Assembly: GCA_951406725.2 (NCBI GenBank)
Contig: OX597817.1
Span: 13,454,001 to 13,518,000, forward strand
Source: Octopus vulgaris
Taxonomy: Eukaryota
Direction: 5' to 3'
DNA: 64,000 nt
The position numbers and the translations under genes are program-made. Of the stretch, positions 12,192-23,232 are shown one piece after another. Below the pieces are notes generated by a model that was not told the origin of the DNA, searched no databases, and was given only the letters and a program-made list of their open reading frames with translations. Numbering within the stretch: the first letter of the stretch is position 1; the number at the start of each line of letters is the position of its first letter.

Positions 12192-12197
12192 AATAAA
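12192..12197 (+). promoter_or_regulatory. Candidate polyadenylation signal of the GDAP1-like gene
   Basis: AATAAA followed by T/GT-rich sequence, at the end of ~2 kb of largely non-repetitive AT-rich DNA after the stop codon. Confidence 0.35.
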
Positions 12198-12269
12198 ACA
12201 TTTATTTAATTAATTTAGTGATATTGTTATTTTGATGAGAAAACTGAAGTTTATATTTTGCTTTATTTC

Positions 12270-13629
12270 AAAAGATTCAAGGTGTATAACTTGTATTCTG
12301 TATAAGTAAAAGTTCTCCATACCCACAGATGGATGTAAAACAGCTGAAATTGCACGTGATATCAATGAAATGTTTGGTGAAGAAATGACCTGTGAGTGGT
12401 CAGCTTTGCAGTGGAGACCCAAACCTTGAAGATCGTGAGAGTAGTGGATGCCCATCTGTCATTGATGATGGTCAATTAACCCTTTAGTGTTCAGATTATT
12501 CTGTTAAATGTAATACCTTTTCACTCAAATTGTTTTGAATTAATCATGCTAGATATGGCCAGTTCAAATATAAAACATGTAGAATATTTTGGGCCGGATG
12601 TGGCCGGTTTAAACACTAAAGGGTGAAAGACCGTCATTGAGAAAGTTCCATGCAAAACCACTTGAGAACTGGCAAAAGGACTGCAACCATTTGCATACAA
12701 CAGGAAAATCAGAAAATGAGCAGATATGAAATTTACTTGTTGCTGCCTTTCTGTAATCAGACCAATCCATTTCTCGACTGCATTGCAACTTGTGATGGAA
12801 AGTGGATTCTGTACATTAATAAAAAATGTTCTTTGCAGTGGTTGAATGAAAATGAAGTACCGAAAATCTTTCCTAAACCTGTGTTCTTCAAAAAAGTTAT
12901 GGTGACTGTTTGGTGGTGTACTGCTGGACTTATCCATTAAAACTTCTTAAAAACCATTACCACAGAAACATATTGCTGTGAAATTGCCAAAATGAATGAT
13001 AAACTGCTACCCCTCCATCTCAGACTGGTCAACAGAAGCGTCGAGCTGTCAGAAACATCAGCATGCCAGGTGAAATGCTTAGTGGTATTTCATCTGCTGC
13101 TACGTTCTGAGTTCAAATTCTGCCGAGGTCGACTTTGCCTTTCATCCTTTTGGGGACGATAAATTAAGTACCAGTTACACACTGGGGTCAATGTAATTGA
13201 CTTAATCCCTTTGTCTGTCCTTGTTTGTTCCCTCTATGTTTAGCCCGTTGTGGGCAATAAAGAAATAAGAGGGCCAATTATTCTTCACGACAATGCTCAA
13301 CCACACGTTTTACTAGTAACGCTGCAGAAGTTGAGGGAACTTGGCCACAAAGTTCTTCCCAACACCTTTCTTCTACTGACTACCACTTTTTCAAGCACCT
13401 TGATGGTTTCCAGCATGAGGAGTTCAACAACCAAACCAATGCTGAAAGTGCAGTCAAAAAGTTCATCAGCTCCAGAACACCAGATTTTTATGTTACCGGA
13501 ATAAACAAACTGGTGACACAAATGTGTTGATTGTAATGGTACTTTGATGAATAAAATTTCTGCCTTGTTGAAATATATTGTGATGAATTTCATGTTTCAA
13601 AATGTTGCTTACTTTTTACTCAGCCTAAT
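12270..13629 (+). mobile_element. Degenerate mariner transposon with nested MITE and SINE
   Basis: Motifs FLDCIATCDGKWILY, KVMVTVWW, GPIILHDNAQPH and TDYHFFKHL. Ends in TTACTTTTTACTCAGCCTAA|TA. Interrupted at ~12478-12623 (TTAA MITE) and 13039-13270 (SINE). Confidence 0.8.
13039..13270 (+). mobile_element. tRNA-derived SINE, family C (GCCTTTCATCCTTTCGGGGTCGATAAA core, Meta-SINE-like)
   Basis: B-box GAGTTCAAATTC and the conserved central core; splits the mariner peptide LVNR|GPII. Confidence 0.75.
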
Positions 13630-13919
13630 ATATATAAATTTTATGATGGGCTTCTTTCTGTTTCCGTCTCCCAAATCCATTAATAAAGCTTTGGTCAACA
13701 TGAGGCTATAGAAGACACTTACCCAAGGTACCATGTAGTGGGATTGAACCTAGACCATGTGGTTGGGAAGCTAACTTCTTACCACACAACCATGCCTGAA
13801 AATAGTGATTTCCTTTTTTAAAATAGAAAATACAGTGCTCTTTTCAAGGACATTAACCAACTAATGAAATGGTTACAACAGTGATTAATATTCGAAGTTT
13901 GATATAGTGGCCGACTTGG

Positions 13920-14265
13920 ATTACGCAGGAGTTGTTTACCAAAATCTCTCGTGGAAGTGCCATCCAAACAAAATGCAAATATATGGGAAACTACCACCTG
14001 TGTCATCTCTTATGAAAGGTAAGAGTCCAGTTTGCTGGACATTGTTGTAGAGCTGAAAAAGAGGTAATTTCTACTCTTCTCCTCTGGAAGCCATCTACTC
14101 GCAATACCAGAGGGCGCACACTCTCCTACCCTGATGTAATTTCCAGGGATACAGGCATCCAGCAACAGGACCTCCATAATGCTATGATGGACCGTGAAGT
14201 CTGGCGTAGCATGGTAAATTCCATTGTCTCGACCACAGTCGAACAATGACGATGATGATGATGAT
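13920..14265 (+). mobile_element. 3' end of an RTE-type LINE or RTE-tailed SINE
   Basis: Close copy of 7935-8265 with a (TGA)n tail. Confidence 0.7.
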
Positions 14266-15357
14266 TACCAAATGGTTTGTTGAATATTTCAGTCCTGCTG
14301 ACAAATGTCACTGTGAGAAAAATAATTTTAAGCCCATGGAACTTCTGCTATTGGTCATCCTTCAAATCCAGATATACCTGAAAATGTGATTACCTGTTGA
14401 AGTTGTTTTCGTTCTTCCATCAAACATTACTTCACTACTGCAGCCTGGCCTATTGGATCAATTTTCAAGTCAGTCGGCTGAGTGACTGATAAATGTTAGT
14501 TTGACAAAGAATTCTGGAAAAATTACAAGATGCAAGAAACAAAAAAGTATTGAAGAAGCTTGGGAAGTTAAGCAAACATGTCCCATTAAGCTTTGGAAAA
14601 AAACCGAATCTAAACGTAGTTAAGGTGTGCTATAGGATAAGCTGAAATAGTCATGATCAGCCATTGTTTCAACAAACGGTGCAAAGTAGTAAGATGTGTT
14701 AGTAAATACCATCATCATCGTTTAACGTCTGTTTTCCATGCTGGCATGGGTTGGACGGTTTGACCAGGGTCTGGGAAGCCAGAGGGCTGCACCAGGCTCC
14801 AGTCTGATCTGGCAGTGTTTCTACAGCTGGATGCTCTTCCTAACGCCAACCACTCTGTGAGTGTAGTATATGAAATTTAAGCTGTTGCTTATTTCTCATT
14901 CTATTGATGCAAGTGATATCCTGAATTTTTCCACGCTAAATATCTTGATTATCACCTATACCTACAAAAACTTTAGCCCTTTTAACATTCTGACTACTCT
15001 GCCAAATGTAACCTTTATTCACAGTGTTTTAAATCTACCCTATTATTATCTTATAGCTTTGAGATTTCAATGCTATAATTTTTTTTATTTTTAGAATGAC
15101 AATGTAGGGTAGGTGTGAAAGGCTGGATTTGGTGGTTTGAACAAAAATGAAGGCTGGCTATTTGGGCCACATGTGGTCAGTTTAAATGCTGAACGGTTAG
15201 GGTTAACCATAAGTTCCAAACTTTAAACCAAAGGAATTACAGACCTGTAATGGTAGTGCTCAATTGTTATAAGGAAGAATTCGAAGTTCATAAGACAAAA
15301 CAGGTTTCCTTGATGTTATTGGACAGCAGCCATGTGGCACTGCCTTGAAGGGTTTAA

Positions 15358-15562
15358 CCCTTTTGGTATTCACATTATTCTACCAAATGTGATTCTTGTT
15401 TATTCACATTGCATTATCTCATAGCTGTGAGATTTCTGTGATGTGACTCTTTAACTTGGGAATAATATTGTAGGATAGGGTAAGAGGCTGGATCTGACTG
15501 GTTTTGAACAAAAAGGAGGTAAAATATTTAGGCTGGAGATGGCTGGTTTGAATGCTAAAGGG
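15358..15562. mobile_element. TTAA-specific MITE inserted in an old SINE tail
   Basis: TTAA|CCCTTTTGGTATTC ... GAATGCTAAAGGG|TTAA. The flanks rejoin to a GCACTGCCTTGAAGGG...GAACAAAT.G.CCCCAG SINE sequence. Confidence 0.65.
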
Positions 15563-16131
15563 TTAACTGAACAAATTGGCCCCAGTAGTTACATTTTTTT
15601 CTGTTTTGTTAAATCTGGTAGTAATTTTATTGGTCTTCTTTACTGAAGAAGGATGCAAACAAACAAACATATATGATGTTTCCAGTTTCTGCTAACCAAA
15701 TTCACTCATATGGAATTGTTTCAGAAACAATCATGTAATTATAAATAATAGCAGCATGTTACATAACAATACTTATAACATATTTATTAATAATTAACAA
15801 TTGTTATAATTGCATAACGTGAATGATAAAGATTGCAATTAAATTGGAGTTATCTTAGGGGAAAGGTATAAAAAAATGTGTATATGTTTGTATTTTTATC
15901 TATATAGGTATTTAAAAGTGGGTACATACATATTTGTAAGCATTCTTCTACTTGCTTCAGTTATGAACTACAGCCAAGCTGGAGCACTGTCCTGGAGGGT
16001 TTTAGTTAATCAAATCAACACCAGTATTTATTTTTTCTAAATCTATTCTATCAGCATCATTTTTGCAAAAATGTTAAGTTAAGGGGAGGTAAACAAAGTA
16101 ACACAAGTAGGTTTTATATCTATCTATATAG

Positions 16132-16162
<31 letters not shown>

Positions 16163-16164
16163 AC

Positions 16165-16405
16165 CTCATCATCATCGTTTAACGTCCGCTTTCCATGCTA
16201 GCATGGTTTGGACGATTTGACTGAGGATTGGCAAACCAGATGGCTGCACCAGGCTCCAATCTGATCTGGCAGAGTTTCTACAGCTGGATGCCCTTCCTAA
16301 TGCGAACCACTCCGAGTGTAGTGGGTGCTTTTACGTGCCACTGGCACGAGGGCTGCCAGTCAAGCAGTACTGGCAATGGCCATGCTCAAATGGTGTTTTT
16401 TATGA
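16165..16405 (-). mobile_element. RTE-tailed SINE-like repeat
   Basis: Same family as 3355-3860. Confidence 0.7.
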
Positions 16406-17594
16406 ACCACCTAAAAAAAACTATCTATATTTATATATACACACACATGAGAGACTTATGTACAATTCTGCTCCACCAAGTTTTACTCACAAGGCACTGG
16501 TCAGCTCAGGTCTTTAGAAGTACTGAACCCAAAACCTTGTGATTGTGGACTTCTTAATCATAGACATGCCAACGCCTTTATATATGTTAATATATACACA
16601 TAAAGGTGTAGGTATATCTGGGGAATGAAGGCATTTACTTCCCAACCACATGGCTTCAAGTTCAGTCCCACTGTGTGGCACTTTGCCAAGTGTCGTCAAT
16701 TATAATCCCAGGTTAACCACAATGCTTTGTGAGTGAGTTTGGTGCATGGAAAGTGTACAAAAGGCATTGAATACATGTGTGTGTGTGTGTGTAGGCATAT
16801 GTATCTGTGTGAATAAACACATAGATTTATGTACAGGAGGATTCAGAAATTACTTTACCAATGAAGTCACAGAATGACTTTACCATTTCAATTTGTCAAG
16901 ATGATAAATCTTTGTACTGCATCTTGTGTACAGTGCATTTAGTATTGTTTCCTGGTATAGAAAAAATATTTTTTTATCTTTATTTTAATACACATACTCC
17001 ACTACACATAAAATTTTACACCTAGTCTGAAAAGTAATTCTTTGGGATTTGGATGACTTTACTATTTATTCAGATTATGCTTATTTATCTACACTTAAAA
17101 AAATTAACTATGAAGTATCTTGTGGCTTCAAAATTTTGAAGATGTGATTGTTTATTTTTAGTATGACATAGGGTAGGCGTGAGAGGCTAGATCTGGTCAG
17201 TTTCAACATAAAACAGGTATGGCCGGTTTAAATGCTAAAGAATTAAGTATATATTCTAGACACATACATTAGGTTGATCCAGTACCTGCACATATTTTAT
17301 GAAATCCAGAGATTTGAATGTGGAACATAGGAATTGTAAATAGCCAATGACAAAATTCCTATTGCTTCTGAGAACATTATTCAACATTTCAGTTGATAAA
17401 TGTGAAAGATCACAGCATATATTCAAGGAATTGGTGAGTATATAGATACATGATGGACTGCATGAAATACTTAATCTAATATTGTTTACTTTCATTTTAG
17501 AGAAAAAAAATCTCTTTAGCTAATTTATAATAATTATTCAATTAGAAACATGGACTTGTTCTGTTGATGTCACAGTTTTCTATTTTTTAAATTT

Positions 17595-18200
17595 TGTCAG
17601 AAAAGATACATGGCTGGAAGGTGGCACCCTACCTCTTAGAAATGTACTGCTCTTTTCTTTTTACTCATGGGTGAAGGAATGGAATTGTCTAGTTTTGAAT
17701 TGAAGAACTGGAGATGAGCCACTGGACAGCTAAGTTTGTGAAATATGTGCAGAGGACCAGCTCCGCAACCCAGTTCAGATAAGTGGTCTTGGGAAGATTA
17801 CTGAGATAGACAAAACAGTCTTCGCAAGAGGTAAATACAACCAAGGAAGAGTGCATGCTGAACAGTGGGGCTTTTGGAGGTGTGTCTTGCAAGACCAGAC
17901 ACACACTAGAAGGATGCATACGTCATTTTTAGGGACTTATGGGGGGGGGGGGGGACCTACTCTCACATTCCTGAAATTGATGGTTATAATTTTCAACATC
18001 GAACAGTGAACCACAGTGTTGAGTTTATCAACTCAAAAGATGGTACCCACACACAAGTGGAGAAAAAAAAAGGGATTATGGCCTGTGTAAAATGAGGGGT
18101 TAAAGAACACTGTGGGACTATGATTGACTTGTATCTCAGTGAGTTTATATGGTGCAGGAGATACAAAAATTGTAATTTGTTTTAGAAACTCCTAGAGTGT
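17595..18200 (+). mobile_element. Merlin (IS1016/IS1595-related) DNA transposon relic
   Basis: Broken translation VRKDTWLEG..LPLR, QISGLGKITEIDKTVFARGKYNQGRVHAEQW/FGG, HRTVNHSVEFINSKDGTHTQ and LYLSEFIWCRR. These fit Merlin transposase motifs (IGG.GK.VEIDE..F..RKY.RGR, H.TVNHS..F....G.HTQ, YL.EF.WRR). Confidence 0.7.
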
Positions 18201-18760
18201 CTATCTCAAATTTTAGTTTTTGAATTTTTGCTACAAAAAAATGCATTAATTGTTGTTGTGGTAATGTTGTGATAGTCAGCTTTCACACAAAAAATGCCAG
18301 CTTCCAAATGCTGTTTTCTGATTGGGTAAAAACTATCAAATTTTAAACCTCTGTGACACTTTTCTAAAATTATTCTAGAACAAGTGAATAACAAAATTAG
18401 ATTCAGAATGAAAAATTACATCAATATACAAAATTTGAAAATTTCTGCTTAATGAAATGATGAAAGTAAAAATGCAAAAGAACCTTTTAAAAATTAAGTT
18501 TACTATATATTGATGTAGGAGAGTATTATTTACAAGTAAAAATACTCTCATTTTAAAAGCATGTTTAGTAAGAGAGAAAAAAAATAACATTTAGAAAACT
18601 TAAAAGTATTTATAATGAGTTAGCAAAGAATTGTAAATGATGTAATTCTTAAAATATAAGCAATACATTTAGTTTTTGTTTCAGTATTTCATGCAACCAT
18701 GATGTATTTATATACACTTCATTTCCTCAAAAATACAAGATTCTTCACTTATCCTTTAGT

Positions 18761-18766
18761 TTTATT
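18761..18766 (-). promoter_or_regulatory. Candidate polyadenylation signal of NOC2L
   Basis: AATAAA on the minus strand ~200 nt after the stop; a second one lies at 18893-18898. Confidence 0.4.
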
Positions 18767-18967
18767 GTACATGGAAAGAAATGTTTGTAAGAGATAACCT
18801 GCTGAAACCTGAAATGATGGTAGTGATACCTTAATTATATTAAGGTAACCACCTGAAAAACTGATTGTTAGCCACATTTGATTCAAAACAAGTTTATTCT
18901 TCCTTTGATAGAGAGACTTAAAGTTTCAACTTTTCTTTGAATCATTTTCAAACCTACAAATCTATTA

Positions 18968-20992
18968 TTACGAGTCATTGGCAGCAAGGTAGAGTTTTTT
19001 CTTTTTACCAGTGAAACCTTTGGGTTTTATTTTTCTACCAGTGAAACCTTTGGGTTTTATTTTTTTACCAGTGAAACTTTTGGGTTTTATTTTTTTCCCA
19101 TCACTGGTTTTTATCTTTTTTTGTTCATTCCCATTATCCTCTTCGTTTTCATCACTGGTTTTTGTTTTCTTGCTCTGTGCATTTCCATTGATGTTCTTCT
19201 CATCATTGTCAGTTTTCTTTTTCTTGGCCTCTGCATTCTTTTTCGCCTCTGCATTCTTTTTCAAATCAAATTTAAATATATCTTCAAAATTATATTTATC
19301 AACACTGTCGAATAAAGCGCTAAACTCTCGTTTCTCCTGTGGTGTTGCCTTTCTAATTGTCTCCTTTTTGGCTCTTATATCCTCGAAATTTCCAAAATCG
19401 ATAATAGCATCTTTGGCCGCTACTTGATGCGCAATTTCTCTATCACGCAACCTTCGCCAAACTTGGAAGAATTTCAGAATAGGTGGTACCTGGTCCTTGC
19501 ATTGCCGCTCCCAAGAATTTATTGCTTTTGTGTCGGACAAATTCAAGCTAAAAGTATTACGACGTGTTGAAATGAATTTGGAATTCTCTTCAATTTTCTC
19601 GTATAATTGCTTTAATTGTTTACTGTAGTTTGGAACTTTACAGTTCTTCAATACTTCCTTTATTTGAATTTGCGCAGGAAATACTAACTCAGGAAAACCG
19701 ATCGAATGGGAAACGATGCTAAGACACGTTAACATGTGTTCGTAAAATTGATCAATTACAGTATCTTTGAAGGTTTTTTCCTGAACTTGAGATTTCGTCA
19801 TTTTCAATACATAGGTAAAACATATTGGTTTCAGGGCCACTTTGGAACACTTTTTGTTTAAATCCAAATATTCAAGAGTTTCAAGGATAAATGGTAATGT
19901 TGGAATAAATTTACCGGTACTGGCAGAGATTTTGTTCAACATAGCAATGCAATGAAAGCGCAGAGGATAGAAGCGAACACTCGGAACTAACTTAATAACT
20001 CCAGTAATCACTTCAATTAATGGAAATATTAGATTCTCTAACACAGTACTTTGGGGAGAAGTATTTATGAGAGAACTCCACAGTTCAAGGCAACGAATAT
20101 ATTGCCAATTATAAACAGTTTGGCAAAGATCTTTCTTTTTTAAAGTTAGCGCATTTCTTAGATGTATAGCTTGTTGACGAATGTAAACAAAAGCATGTTG
20201 ATATGTGACTTTTTCGTCTATTTTCAGGATTTCGACGAGAGATCTCTGCATGAATGCAATATTTGGTAAAATAGTTGGAGAAGTGAATTTACAATTACTT
20301 ACATATTCTGCATACATTCTTTTGAGGCACAATTCCAATATCGAGTTGTCTCGCATAATGATAAGTTTGTTAATACAAAGAAATGCTAAAATTCTAGTCG
20401 TATCTTCCGCTGAACCCCAAACTGTTATGAGATGTTTAACAAGATCTTTGGACAGTCGGTTCGACATGGAAAAGTATATGGCCATCTTATGAACGTGTTT
20501 CAGAAGAATATCAATCATTGAAGTTTCAGATATATTCTTTAGCATTTTCACTAAACTCGATAAATAGACTTTGACATCTGATGAGACTGTTTTCCATTTG
20601 CTACATTTATTCGGTTTTGTATAGTGGCGTATGTCTTTGGTAGGAGGTAAATTTAAAATTGATTGAAGTGAGGGTTCGATCTTTAAAAGGCATAATTTAA
20701 CAAGATCATTAAATACCGTAATGTTCTTCACCGCAATTTTAGTGCCACCAGATTTATCTTGAATCTGTTCAACTGCGCCAGCAAAAGCCCCGATGATATC
20801 ACGAAGTAAAGCTGGTGTGGGGTCAGAGATTTTATCTTGCCATTCTTCAACTAACTTTTCGCTAACAAGAGTTTGCGAATAAGAGAAATCTCCTTCCTCG
20901 TCTGAGGCATCAGAATCCTCACTCGATCCGATATTCTCAAATCTGCTCTCAACGTCTATATACGCCCGTTTCTTTGACTTAGCCATCGTCAT
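18968..20992 (-). CDS. NOC2L: Nucleolar complex protein 2 homolog (Noc2/NOC2L/NIR), single-exon ORF, ~674 aa
   Basis: Uninterrupted ORF with Noc2 hallmarks RILAFLCI, LKRMY..YV.NCKFTSP..LP.I.FMQRSLVE, YQHAFVYIRQ.AIHLRNA, VYNWQY..CL.LWS, RFYPLRFHC and SIGFPELVFP. ATG at 20992 or 20986 (better Kozak context); in-frame stop shortly upstream. Confidence 0.93.
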   Translation of the reverse strand: MTMAKSKKRAYIDVESRFENIGSSEDSDASDEEGDFSYSQTLVSEKLVEEWQDKISDPTPALLRDIIGAFAGAVEQIQDKSGGTKIAVKNITVFNDLVKLCLLKIEPSLQSILNLPPTKDIRHYTKPNKCSKWKTVSSDVKVYLSSLVKMLKNISETSMIDILLKHVHKMAIYFSMSNRLSKDLVKHLITVWGSAEDTTRILAFLCINKLIIMRDNSILELCLKRMYAEYVSNCKFTSPTILPNIAFMQRSLVEILKIDEKVTYQHAFVYIRQQAIHLRNALTLKKKDLCQTVYNWQYIRCLELWSSLINTSPQSTVLENLIFPLIEVITGVIKLVPSVRFYPLRFHCIAMLNKISASTGKFIPTLPFILETLEYLDLNKKCSKVALKPICFTYVLKMTKSQVQEKTFKDTVIDQFYEHMLTCLSIVSHSIGFPELVFPAQIQIKEVLKNCKVPNYSKQLKQLYEKIEENSKFISTRRNTFSLNLSDTKAINSWERQCKDQVPPILKFFQVWRRLRDREIAHQVAAKDAIIDFGNFEDIRAKKETIRKATPQEKREFSALFDSVDKYNFEDIFKFDLKKNAEAKKNAEAKKKKTDNDEKNINGNAQSKKTKTSDENEEDNGNEQKKIKTSDGKKIKPKSFTGKKIKPKGFTGRKIKPKGFTGKKKKLYLAANDS
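19001..19100 (-). repeat. Coding 30-bp tandem repeat (~3.3 copies) encoding GKKIKPK(S/G)FT
   Basis: Unit TTTTTACCAGTGAAACCTTTGGGTTTTATT is visibly repeated at 30-nt period. Confidence 0.9.
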
Positions 20993-21039
20993 CCTAAGAC
21001 CAGACACGTTGCACCGTTGTCCACAATATTCACCATGTG

Positions 21040-21075
21040 CTTATGGCTACCGGATATTGGAAACAGGAAGTAGTG
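21040..21075. promoter_or_regulatory. Candidate TATA-less NOC2L promoter with ETS-type motifs
   Basis: ACCGGAT (~21049) and CAGGAAGT (21064-21071) lie 60-80 nt upstream of the start codon, in locally CpG-richer DNA. Confidence 0.35.
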
Positions 21076-22516
21076 ATGGATTATCTGCCCCTTTTGCTTA
21101 ATTGCATTTCATCTTCAATTTATATTCTGTGTGTTCAGGTTGTTAATTCGATCTTGGAGTGAAAAAATACCTTGAAGGTTGTGGAGTATCGCTAGAAACT
21201 ATATTTTAATGTAAGTACACGAAAGAAATTACTTTTTTTCCCTTCTTACTACTTTACAAATTGAAATCTATATTTTTTTTTACTGATATTAATTGTATTT
21301 AATTAAACAGGTGCGAATGTGACCATGTTATTGACTCTATTTTTGATTCAGTATAACCCATTTATATTTTATCGTATTTATTTCGTTGGCCTCTATTTAA
21401 TGATATTTCTTTAGAATATAGAAAAAAATATATTTCTCTATATTATCCCTTTTTTTTTCATGACGCTTAATCAGTTGTTTAGTTTATGTAACAACAATAA
21501 CAATAATGATTGTAACAATTTTTGGGGCAAGAGCATTGACAATCGAATCGAACTAGAATTCAATTTATTGACTCCGGAGGAAAATAAAGTTATAACGCCG
21601 GCAGATTTAAATCCAGAACACTAGAAGGGGACTTGTGTTAATTTTTTTTCCCACTACGAACGTTTCTTTTACATTTTAAGCACCATCAAAGCACTACCTA
21701 TCTGAAAAACTTGCTACTGTGATCGCTTGTCTATTGTTGTAGAATAACAATTGCCCCGTTGTTGTTAATAACAATCGCAGTCTGTATGCAACATACCTAA
21801 GGCTTTGTTATGTTAAAATTCTGACATACCACTGGCTGGGACCAATAAAAATGTATCTAAATAACGGAGTCACACTTGGTTTTAAATGTAAACTAGCTTT
21901 TACATATAAGCCTGGTTGTCAATTCAGGTAGTTTTTTTTTTAGCCTGAGGCCAGCCCTGTGTGAACAGACCTATAATCAAGGGCATTCCAGCACTGACTA
22001 TTCTGCATTTTTGCAAGCACTGTTTATCTAATACTACCTTACTGTATGTCCATGCGTTTTTTCTAATTACAGTAAATGTATTTTTTTGAGCGATATATGG
22101 TGGTATCTTTGACGACCGCGGAAGAATTTATTTTTCCACATTGTACTACGGTTAGTTTTTACATGCGATCCGCGAACACCATATCAAAATTAACGCGACT
22201 ATTTTTAGAATTTTGTTTTTGGTAACACTAGACAAATTATTCAGTAGAAAATGTAGAATTTTTATGAGGTAGAATAACAAACTGAGTAGTAGTCATTTGA
22301 TATTGTTCAACTATTGAGTAGCTAAAGTGCTCTTAACAAAATCTTGCATGAGCGAAGCGAGAAGGCACTTGTCCTGTTTGGCACATGTTAAGTTTCACTT
22401 TTCACCAAAACAAACCCAGCGCCCGACAAAAAATGAAAAAAAACAACCCCTATGTAGTCTACTGACGTGCTAGAAATAGAGCCAAATCTCTATCAGGACG
22501 CACAAATATCGTATTA

Positions 22517-22650
22517 ATTCCGCCGAGGTCGACTTTGCCTTTCATCCTTTCGGGGTTGATAAATTAAGTACCAGTTACGCACTGGGGTCGATATCTGTCC
22601 TTGTTTGTCCCCTCTGTGTTTAGCCCCTTGTGGGTAGTAAAAAAAAAAAA
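22517..22650 (+). mobile_element. 5'-truncated family C SINE
   Basis: TTCCGCCGAGGTCGACTTTGCCTTTCATCC core with an A-rich tail, flanked by TTAAT. Confidence 0.75.
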
Positions 22651-22857
22651 TTAATAAAAGAACACACTATATAATATTGTCCTAGATACATTATCTCAGG
22701 AAAATACTTTGTGTTGCATTTGTTTAAAAGTAAGTAGTGTGTTTTCCGATGAGCCACCTCTTCCGGGGTGTGGGCCGCATGAGAATGGCTCCTCCGTAGG
22801 CGGGCAGCATTACCAAAAAGAAATTCAAGGTAATTTTTCTTTAGGTATACCATTCAG

Positions 22858-23232
22858 AAAATACCTATTTCTTTATTACCCACAAGGAGCTAAACACAGA
22901 GGGGACAAACAAGGACAGACATAGTTATTAAGTCGATTACATCGACTCCAGTGCGTAACTGGTACTTATTTAATCGATCCCGAAAGGATGAAAGGCAAAG
23001 TCGACCTCGGCGGAACTTGAACTCAGAACGTAACGACAGACGAAATACCTATTTCTTTATTACCCACAAGGGGCTAAACACAGAGGGGACAAACAAGGAC
23101 AGACATAGTTATTAAGTCGATTATATCGACACCCAGTGCGTAACTGGTACTTATTTAATCGACCCCGAAAGGATGAAAGGCAAAGTCGACCTCGGCGGAA
23201 TTTGAACTCAGAACGTAGCGACGGAAAATACC
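22858..23232 (-). mobile_element. Tandem dimer of family C SINE
   Basis: Two head-to-tail ~185-bp copies, each beginning GAAATACCTATTTCTTTATTACCCACAAG on the plus strand. Confidence 0.8.

Noticed and set aside
19011-19427. 138-aa plus-strand ORF with PVKPLGFIFL repeats
   Set aside because: It is the antisense shadow of the repetitive Lys-rich NOC2L tail and has no independent coding signal.
20993-21007. ORF-track start at 21007 (MSGLR)
   Set aside because: It is a GTG codon; in a eukaryote the ATG at 20992 or 20986 is the plausible start.
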